DNA of 32,547 nucleotides from Fidelibacterota bacterium. Lineage in GTDB: Bacteria; Fidelibacterota; Marinisomatia; Marinisomatales; UBA1611. Of this stretch, positions 25,800 to 32,547 are shown one piece after another. Within the stretch, counting starts at the first letter, position 1. Every line of letters starts with the position of its first letter. The DNA is taken from the NCBI GenBank assembly GCA_038365355.1, contig JAYPLH010000001.1:1-32547 (forward strand), in the 5' to 3' direction. The position numbers were made by a program, and so were the translations under genes. A model generated the notes under the pieces. The model did not search any database, had not been told where the DNA came from, and saw only the letters and a list, made by a program, of their open reading frames with translations.

Positions 25800-28700
25800 A
25801 TGAAAGATAATCTGTACAAAATATCAAATTTCAAAGATATTGATCCTTTTCTCATGTCGATTACAAGTGCTGACAATCACTGGATGTATATTAGTAGCTC
25901 AGGATGTTTAAGTGCTGGAAGACAAAAAGCTGAGCATGCTCTGTTCCCTTATGTGACAGATGATTTGTTACATAAAAATGCACATTTTACGGGTCCAATA
26001 ACATGTATTTCTATTGATAAAGATAATAAAAAGTATTCTTGGCAACCTTTTTCAAATCAAATCGATAATTACAAAAAGAATCAGAATCTTTATAAAAATA
26101 GTTTAGGTAATAAAATAGTCTTTGAAGAAATCAATCATACTATCGGACTCACATTTCTCTATAGCTGGCAGGCATCTGCAAGATATGGTTTTGTTAAAAA
26201 AACTAAATTATTAAATCATAGTGGTAAAAAATTAAATATTAAGCTAGTTGATGGTTTAAGAAACATCTTACCTGCTGGAGTAAGTTTGAGAACACAGCAG
26301 GAGATGAGCAACCTGGCAAATGCATATAAAGTATCCGAATGTAATTCAGATTATAATTATGCTTTATATTATATGAACGCATTACTAATGGACAAACCAG
26401 ACCCTGGAGAATCGCTGTTTTCAAATATAGTTTGGTCACACTCTAGTGATAATATTGAACTTTCAGTGAATGAAAAATCAATTAGTACATTTTTGTCTAG
26501 TAATGAATTTGAGAAAGACCACTTACTAAAAGGTAAAGAAGGTAGCTTTTTAAACTTCATTCAAAAACCATTACCCTCTGATCAAGAAATGACCTGGTAT
26601 ATCATTGCAGATGTACAAAAATCTCAGTCTGACATTAGTTCAATTATTTCAGATTTAAAGGACAGTGATTCCATTGAAAAGAAACTAGAAAAAAGTTTAG
26701 CAGATAATTACAGTGCATTTGAAAAAAATATTGGAATGGCTGATGGATTCCAATGTACAGAGTTAGAAATAAATGATTTACATCATACAGCAAATGTTAC
26801 ATACAATGTTTTAAGGGGCGGAGTGTTTTTTGATAACTACAAGATACAAAAAAATAGCTTTGTATTATTTTTACAGAAGAGAAGTAAGAAGACATTTGAA
26901 GCTTATCAAACTAACATTAACCAACTCCCCGATTCTTTTAATATTAAAGATCTTTTAGAATTTGGTGACAAATTAAATAAACCTTCTATACGAAGGCTTT
27001 GCCGAGAATACCTTCCCCTTACGCTAGGAAGAAGACACGGAGACCCTAGCAGGCCATGGAATCATTTTAATATTCTAACAAAGGATATAAATGGTGACCC
27101 AGTACTTTATTTTGAAGGAAATTGGAGAGATATTTTTCAAAACTGGGAAGCACTAGGACTTAGTTATCCTAACTCATGGGAATCAATGGTGTCTATATTT
27201 TTAAATGCAACATCTGCTGATGGCTATAATCCATACAGAATCACAAGCTATGGCATTGATTGGGAAATTATAGAGCCTGATGATTCTTGGAGTCATATTG
27301 GATACTGGAACGACCATCAAATTATATATCTTTTAAAGTTACTAGAACATTTAAACGCTACTTACCCAGAAAGAATAGAGGAATTATTTAACGATGCAAT
27401 TTTTAGTTATGCAAATATTCCGTACAAAATAAAAAAGTTTAAAAAAATAGCTGAAAACCCTAAAGAAACAATTGACTTTGATTTTGAAAACCACAATAAA
27501 ATCTTGAACTTAGTTAATGAATTAGGATCTGATGGTAGATTACTGCTGAATAAGGACAAAGATGTTTACCACGTAACCTTATGTGAAAAACTTCTCGTTT
27601 TATCTCTAGCAAAAATTTGTAATTATGTTCCAGGAGCAGGAATATGGCTCAATACCCAACGACCTGAGTGGAATGATGCAAACAATGCATTAGTTGGAAA
27701 TGGATGCTCAATGGTAACTGTATATTACCTCAAAAGATTTCTTAACTTTTTCAAAGAGATTATCTCACAAATTAAAACAAAAAATATTAATATTTCTTCA
27801 GAAGTATTATTTTGGTTCCATGAAGTAGATGCAGAAATAACCAAAAATAAACATAAAAGCCATACTCTATTCTCCGATAAAGAGAGGATGAATTATGTAT
27901 CTGGCTTAGGAGAAATATTTGAAAATTATCGGGAGAAAATATACTCTTCAGGATTTAGCACTTTTGAGCAATTATCTTTAAATAAACTAGAAAGTTTTCT
28001 TTCAAAAATCTGTAGTCAATTTAATGAGACTATCTTCGACAATCGTAAGGATAATGGATTATTTGATGCTTATAACACAATAAATATTGATTCTAAAAAT
28101 CAGTCCATTGATATAAAAAAACTAGACCTTATGCTCGAGGGTCAAGTTGCTGGACTAAGCTGCGAATCACAAAAACCGTATAGCACTACTTCAACCCTGA
28201 AGTCACTTTTTTCCAGCAACCTGTACCGTGCTGATATGAAAAGTTTTATTTTATATCCTGAAAAAAAGATTACTCCTTTCTTAAATAAAAATATTATTGA
28301 CCCAGACCATCTTAAAAAGAGTATTTTATTAAGAAAAATGGTGGACCAAAAAAACACATCAATTGTAGAGCAGGATTCCGATGGGAATTTTCGTTTTAAC
28401 CCTAAATTTCGAAATATATTTGATTTAATTAATGCACTAAAACAATTACCAAAATCAGAAATTGAGGATATACCATTTGAAAAAGAATTAGAACATATTT
28501 CCAATATTTATGAACTTGTTTTTAATCATAGAAATTTTACAGGAAGATCTGGAACAATGTTTTCTTATGAAGGCATTGGATCAATATATTGGCATATGGT
28601 CTCAAAATTACTTTTAGCAACCCAAGAAAACTTCTTTTTAGCAAAAAACAATAATTCTTTTGAAAGAAATAATGTCCAAAGCCTTGGAAGATATTACTAT

Positions 28701-29207
28701 GAAATAAGAGAGGGTTTGAGCGCAGCTAAAACTCCAAAAGAATATGGCGCATTTCCTTTTGATCCCTACTCACATACCCCATCTCATTCAGGAGCACAAC
28801 AACCTGGGATGACGGGTCAAGTCAAGGAAGAAATCTTAACTAGGTTTGGAGAGCTTGGATGCTTTGTTCAAAATGGATGCATAATGTTTGATACTAGTCT
28901 TTTATCAAAAGAAGAATTCCTGATAAAAAACCAGATTTTTACTTATTTTGATATTTCTAAAACAAAAAGATCTCTTGAAATTCTTAAAAATCAACTCGCA
29001 TATACTTTTTGCCAAGTACCCATAGTATACACTCTGTCCAAACAGGATTATCGTATTAATTTAATTTTAAATGACAACTCTAACATTAAAATAGAAGGAA
29101 ATTTTATTGATCAAAAAAGAAGTCGTTCAATTTTTAATCGAGATGGTAGTGTAACCAAAATTCAATTTCAGGTTCATGAAAAGTTTTTATTTAACAATAA
29201 CAAATAA
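25800..29207 (+). CDS. Large cytoplasmic (alpha/alpha)6-type glycoside phosphorylase/hydrolase candidate, GH94-clan-like (GH149/GH161-like beta-1,3-glucan phosphorylase hypothesis)
   Basis: 1135-aa ORF with no signal peptide. The ordered motifs are GNWRDIFQNWE (aa 440-450), RPEWNDANNAL (aa 621-631, D626 at nt 27675-27677), YEGIGSIYWH (aa 923-932) and HSGAQQPGMTGQ (aa 996-1007). I recall the same order in GH94 phosphorylases: xRDxxQD, DWND with the catalytic Asp, ENGGIFxH, and LTGT. The coding region is certain; the function is inferred. Confidence 0.5.
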   Translation: MKDNLYKISNFKDIDPFLMSITSADNHWMYISSSGCLSAGRQKAEHALFPYVTDDLLHKNAHFTGPITCISIDKDNKKYSWQPFSNQIDNYKKNQNLYKNSLGNKIVFEEINHTIGLTFLYSWQASARYGFVKKTKLLNHSGKKLNIKLVDGLRNILPAGVSLRTQQEMSNLANAYKVSECNSDYNYALYYMNALLMDKPDPGESLFSNIVWSHSSDNIELSVNEKSISTFLSSNEFEKDHLLKGKEGSFLNFIQKPLPSDQEMTWYIIADVQKSQSDISSIISDLKDSDSIEKKLEKSLADNYSAFEKNIGMADGFQCTELEINDLHHTANVTYNVLRGGVFFDNYKIQKNSFVLFLQKRSKKTFEAYQTNINQLPDSFNIKDLLEFGDKLNKPSIRRLCREYLPLTLGRRHGDPSRPWNHFNILTKDINGDPVLYFEGNWRDIFQNWEALGLSYPNSWESMVSIFLNATSADGYNPYRITSYGIDWEIIEPDDSWSHIGYWNDHQIIYLLKLLEHLNATYPERIEELFNDAIFSYANIPYKIKKFKKIAENPKETIDFDFENHNKILNLVNELGSDGRLLLNKDKDVYHVTLCEKLLVLSLAKICNYVPGAGIWLNTQRPEWNDANNALVGNGCSMVTVYYLKRFLNFFKEIISQIKTKNINISSEVLFWFHEVDAEITKNKHKSHTLFSDKERMNYVSGLGEIFENYREKIYSSGFSTFEQLSLNKLESFLSKICSQFNETIFDNRKDNGLFDAYNTINIDSKNQSIDIKKLDLMLEGQVAGLSCESQKPYSTTSTLKSLFSSNLYRADMKSFILYPEKKITPFLNKNIIDPDHLKKSILLRKMVDQKNTSIVEQDSDGNFRFNPKFRNIFDLINALKQLPKSEIEDIPFEKELEHISNIYELVFNHRNFTGRSGTMFSYEGIGSIYWHMVSKLLLATQENFFLAKNNNSFERNNVQSLGRYYYEIREGLSAAKTPKEYGAFPFDPYSHTPSHSGAQQPGMTGQVKEEILTRFGELGCFVQNGCIMFDTSLLSKEEFLIKNQIFTYFDISKTKRSLEILKNQLAYTFCQVPIVYTLSKQDYRINLILNDNSNIKIEGNFIDQKRSRSIFNRDGSVTKIQFQVHEKFLFNNNK

Positions 29208-29222
29208 ATTGGAACGCCCAAT

Positions 29223-31049
29223 ATGAACAAAGTTTTTTTATATCTAATAGTTTCCTTTGCAACTCTTTTTGGAAGTGATTTATTACAACTAAAAAATGGA
29301 AAAATCACCAACAAAAAGAATCAACCGATTTTCCTAAAAGGTGTCAATACAGGTAATTGGCTTATGCTTGAAATGTGGATGTTAAACTATGCTGGTAAAG
29401 GTATTGAAGATCAACACGAATTTATTGAAACTCTAGAACATAGATTTGGAAAAGAAAAAGCTGAAAAACTGATGGATATATATCGATCTCATTGGATGAA
29501 AGAGAGTGACTTTGATATTATAAAATCATTTGGTATGAATACTATTAGATTACCGTTTGATTACAAACTTCTGATGGATTCAGATATAAAACCATTCAAA
29601 TTAAAAAATGATGCTTGGGAATGGTTAGATCTCACCATTAAAATTGCAAAAGAAAAAGGACTTTATGTTATTCTCGATATGCACGGAGCACCGGGACGAC
29701 AAAGCGGTATGGATCACTCAGGAAGAGTTGGTTATAATAAGCTATGGTCTAATAAAGGATTTCAAGATCAAACTGCTTGGCTTTGGAAACAGATATCCAA
29801 TCGATATAAAAACGAATCTACTGTTGCAGCTTATGACCTCTTAAATGAGCCTTGGGGTAGTAGTGAGAAAAATTTGAAAAAAATTGTTCTGAAGTGCTAC
29901 AAAGAAATAAGGAAAAATAATGATGATCATTTAGTGATTTTCCCAGGGCATACTAGCGGAATTGATTTTTATCAAAATATTAAATCTGTAGAATTAAATA
30001 ATGTTATATACACCATGCACTTCTATCCAGGTTTTTTTGGATGGGGATCAGCAACTCCATTTATACACGCAGAATTTTTATTAGAAGGTTTACCAAATTG
30101 GGTAGCAAAAATGGAAGAATTCAATAGCCCATTATTAATTGGCGAGTTTAACGTCGTACTGAAAGGTGCTGGCGGTGGTGAGATGATGCGGAGATATTAT
30201 GATTTTTATGAATCCTTATACTGGCCAGCAACAATGTGGTCTTATAAAGTTCTTGATGCAAATGGAGGAGTTGGAGATGGAACGTGGGGCATGGTAACTA
30301 ATGCTAAAGACATAAATTATGTAAATTTAAAAACCGCTTCTTACAATGAAATACGTGATTGGTTTATTTCTTTTGGAGAAATGGAAATATCTATAGATAA
30401 AGATCTAAAGTATTGGCTTACTACAAAAAACAAACCAGCTGTTTTAGATGAATTACCTCCAAAACCACCCTCTATAATAAAACCTCCTCATGAAGATCCT
30501 TTACCAATGTCATGGAAAGTCCGAGATATTGGAAGACCCTTAAAAGGCGGGCAAAAAGTAAATGAAAACAACTGGTCATTTTATGGAGGTGGTAATGATA
30601 TTTGGAATACAAATGATCAGTTCCGATATGCATATCAAAAATTAAATACAGACTTTAGTTTTAGTATAAAAATTGACTCACTATATAATGTTCATCAATA
30701 TGCTAAAGCAGGACTCATGATCCGAAAAAGCCTAAATTCAAATTCTGCACATGGGTTAATTAATATGTTTCCAAGCGGTAATACCGAGTTTGGCTACAGA
30801 ACAAATAATGGTGAGACTATGGAAGCTAAATCTGGACCCCAAATTGATTTAACAGATGCACGATTAAAAATGAAGAAATCAGGTAAAATTATTGAATTTT
30901 TTGTTTTGAGTAGTAATGATTGGCAAAAGCTCGGAGAATTAAATGTTTCAAAATGGGGAAAATCATTTTACGTAGGAATAGCTACTCTCTCTCATGACAA
31001 CTCACAATTAACCAAGGCTCAATATTCTGAAATAGTTTTAACTAATTAA
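29223..31049 (+). CDS. Exported GH5 beta-glucanase / glucan 1,3-beta-glucosidase-like enzyme with C-terminal concanavalin-like jelly-roll domain
   Basis: 608-aa ORF with signal peptide MNKVFLYLIVSFATLFG. It has NTIRLPF and VILDMHGAPGRQSGMDHSG, the latter resembling yeast exo-1,3-glucanase DLHGAPGSQNGFDNSG. The acid/base is YDLLNEPW (E209) and the nucleophile is LIGEFN (E308). The C-terminal ~180 aa (nt 30504-31046) carry WKVRDIG, GGGNDIWNTNDQFRYAYQ and YAKAGLMIRKSL. Confidence 0.8.
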   Translation: MNKVFLYLIVSFATLFGSDLLQLKNGKITNKKNQPIFLKGVNTGNWLMLEMWMLNYAGKGIEDQHEFIETLEHRFGKEKAEKLMDIYRSHWMKESDFDIIKSFGMNTIRLPFDYKLLMDSDIKPFKLKNDAWEWLDLTIKIAKEKGLYVILDMHGAPGRQSGMDHSGRVGYNKLWSNKGFQDQTAWLWKQISNRYKNESTVAAYDLLNEPWGSSEKNLKKIVLKCYKEIRKNNDDHLVIFPGHTSGIDFYQNIKSVELNNVIYTMHFYPGFFGWGSATPFIHAEFLLEGLPNWVAKMEEFNSPLLIGEFNVVLKGAGGGEMMRRYYDFYESLYWPATMWSYKVLDANGGVGDGTWGMVTNAKDINYVNLKTASYNEIRDWFISFGEMEISIDKDLKYWLTTKNKPAVLDELPPKPPSIIKPPHEDPLPMSWKVRDIGRPLKGGQKVNENNWSFYGGGNDIWNTNDQFRYAYQKLNTDFSFSIKIDSLYNVHQYAKAGLMIRKSLNSNSAHGLINMFPSGNTEFGYRTNNGETMEAKSGPQIDLTDARLKMKKSGKIIEFFVLSSNDWQKLGELNVSKWGKSFYVGIATLSHDNSQLTKAQYSEIVLTN

Positions 31050-31170
31050 AATATTATTAGCTCGATATGTTTGTAAAAAAAGAGTAAATACAAATCATAG
31101 CTTAAATAATACCAAAAGAGAATGCTCTTATGTATTCCTATGCAGTAAAATATTCTTAGAACAAAAAAAA

Positions 31171-32547
31171 CTATTTGATCAGTATCATTTTTTCGGTGCG
31201 AATAAATTCTCCAGATTCAAGAGAATAAAAATAAACTCCCGCGGACACTGACAACCCCTGATTATTGATAGCGTTCCATACAACAGATTTATTCCCTTTA
31301 GTTTGAAAGCTATTTACCAATGTTTTGACTTCTCTCCCCATCAAATCGATAACTTTTAAAATAACAAAATTATCTTTTGGTAACGCGTATCTTATTACTG
31401 TTGATGGATTAAATGGATTTGGAAAATTTTGAAATAAGTGAAAATCCTCTGGTATCCGTGCATTCATAAAAATGGATAAATCTGTATTTGAAAGACCAGG
31501 AGTGGGTAACATAAAGCCCCACTCATCATTCCCATCTGGAATCCTTCCATAGGATTGATCAGCTGTTTGCGGACCAAAAGAAACTGAATCAATAACTGTT
31601 ACGCCATCTGATTTCAGCAATTTAATTTCCTCACCATCCATACTTAATTTAAAGTTGGTATGTAGCAGTCCTTGGGACTCATCATCATCACACCATACAA
31701 GCAAAAAATCTCCAGGAGAAATTGTACTCGCCGTATCCGGAAATTGCCATTGATCTGAACCTTCTACTAATAATAATCCAGATAAATTTAAACTCTGATT
31801 TGTTGGATTGTATAACTCAATCCAATCGTCATATTCACCAGCCTCATCAGTATTGATTGTATTGTTGCTAGCTAATAATTCATTTATTTTTAATTGATCA
31901 ATAAAGGCATAAGTGATTTCATAGGGATAATCATCAGAGCTATACATGTAATAAGCACCGATATCAGAATTTGTTCCATCCTGATCCAATGGAAAATTTG
32001 GGCTACCTGAATTCAAGCAAGGAGAGTGACTAGCAAGTTCTAAATTATATATAGTCTGATCTAAAAACTGTGGGTCAGAAAATAAATTTCCTTCTCCCTG
32101 CAAAAGTTCAGAATCAGAAAGAGAGTACGTTACCGATGCACTTGAAAAGTCATCTAAATAAATTGATGATGAAGCATTACCAGAGAATATTGTATTTATT
32201 ATTTCTGCTGAACCACCTCCGGCACCATCATTTTTTTCAAAGCAAGATATGGAGGTATCATTATTGAAGAAAGTATTATTAGTAATATAAGCAAACGAAT
32301 TATCCTTAACAGCAATTCCATTATTACAACCAACGACCAAATTTTTATCCAAAGTGACGGATGAACTTTGCCCCACAGAAATCCCCTTGTCCCAGGCATG
32401 ATAAATTAAATTGGAAACAATTAAAATATCTTCTGAACTTTCTCCAATGTCTATACCATCCGAATTTGATCCATTAAAATTATAAATACGATTATTCCTA
32501 ACAATTCCATTATTCACATTATCAAGATCAATAGCATCTGTGTCTTC
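31171..32547 (-). CDS. 5'-truncated gene: secreted right-handed beta-helix repeat protein + lamin-tail domain (LTD) + T9SS CTD
   Basis: The frame stays open to the window edge (EDTDAIDLDNV precedes the track start). Parallel beta-helix repeats are present (NNRIYNF..DGIDIGESS..ILIVSNLIYH..KGISVGQSS..NGIAVKDNS..). The LTD signature is INELLASNN...EYDDWIELYNPTNQSLNLSGLLL. The CTD is NFPNPFNPSTVIRYALPKD...AGVYFYSL...MILIK. Confidence 0.75.
   Translation of the reverse strand, partial: EDTDAIDLDNVNNGIVRNNRIYNFNGSNSDGIDIGESSEDILIVSNLIYHAWDKGISVGQSSSVTLDKNLVVGCNNGIAVKDNSFAYITNNTFFNNDTSISCFEKNDGAGGGSAEIINTIFSGNASSSIYLDDFSSASVTYSLSDSELLQGEGNLFSDPQFLDQTIYNLELASHSPCLNSGSPNFPLDQDGTNSDIGAYYMYSSDDYPYEITYAFIDQLKINELLASNNTINTDEAGEYDDWIELYNPTNQSLNLSGLLLVEGSDQWQFPDTASTISPGDFLLVWCDDDESQGLLHTNFKLSMDGEEIKLLKSDGVTVIDSVSFGPQTADQSYGRIPDGNDEWGFMLPTPGLSNTDLSIFMNARIPEDFHLFQNFPNPFNPSTVIRYALPKDNFVILKVIDLMGREVKTLVNSFQTKGNKSVVWNAINNQGLSVSAGVYFYSLESGEFIRTEKMILIK

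Noticed and set aside
31116-31129. Hairpin AAGAG-AATG-CTCTT in the convergent gap between GH5 and the beta-helix gene, as a possible bidirectional terminator.
   Set aside because: The stem is only 5 bp, with two G:C pairs and a poor U-tract, so it is not convincing.
32515-32517. GTG at 32517 proposed as the start of the beta-helix/LTD gene.
   Set aside because: The frame stays open for the remaining 30 nt to the window edge. It encodes EDTDAIDLDN, which continues the beta-helix repeat pattern, so the gene is truncated by the window.
1-32547. Scan for tRNA/rRNA genes, CRISPR arrays, IS elements, integrases, toxin-antitoxin pairs or defence-system genes.
   Set aside because: Intergenic space is minimal, the largest gaps being 1-127, 11654-11763, 15295-15533 and 31050-31170. 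None of these shows cloverleaf-like, repeat-spacer or inverted-terminal-repeat structure. Every long ORF is accounted for by carbohydrate-utilisation functions.

Overview
This AT-rich 32.5-kb window is almost entirely coding. I recognised no rRNA, tRNA, CRISPR array, transposase or integrase. It reads as a beta-glucan (laminarin and/or mixed-linkage 1,3-1,4-glucan) utilisation locus from a diderm organism of the FCB-superphylum type. Five proteins carry PNPFN-type T9SS C-terminal sorting domains, yet there is no SusD and no Bacteroidia-style regulator.

Minus strand, 11653 to 128: a tightly packed, translationally coupled six-gene block. It encodes a TonB-dependent receptor, a 1157-aa secreted protein of unknown function with a divergent T9SS-like C-terminal domain (CTD), a PorV/PorQ-like outer-membrane barrel, a SurA-like lipoprotein, and two secreted GH16 enzymes of the circularly permuted Fibrobacter lichenase type.

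Minus strand, 15294 to 11764: a separate unit with its own AAGGAG ribosome-binding site and a clean rho-independent terminator. It encodes a 1176-aa multi-module, CBM-rich T9SS cargo containing a recent tandem domain duplication.

Plus strand, 15534 to 31049: a divergent ten-gene operon. It encodes a LacI-family regulator, a lipoprotein GH16 laminarinase with a PA14 domain inserted in a loop, and an Opp/Dpp-type ABC importer (family-5 binding lipoprotein, two permeases, fused double ATPase). These are followed by signal-peptide-less GH1 and GH30 enzymes, a 1135-aa unannotatable protein whose motif order suggests a GH94-clan (GH149/GH161-like) beta-1,3-glucan phosphorylase, and an exported GH5 with an appended jelly-roll domain.

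The right edge holds a 5'-truncated beta-helix / lamin-tail-domain / T9SS cargo gene.

All calls come from reading the translated ORFs and recalling family motifs. No database search was possible.
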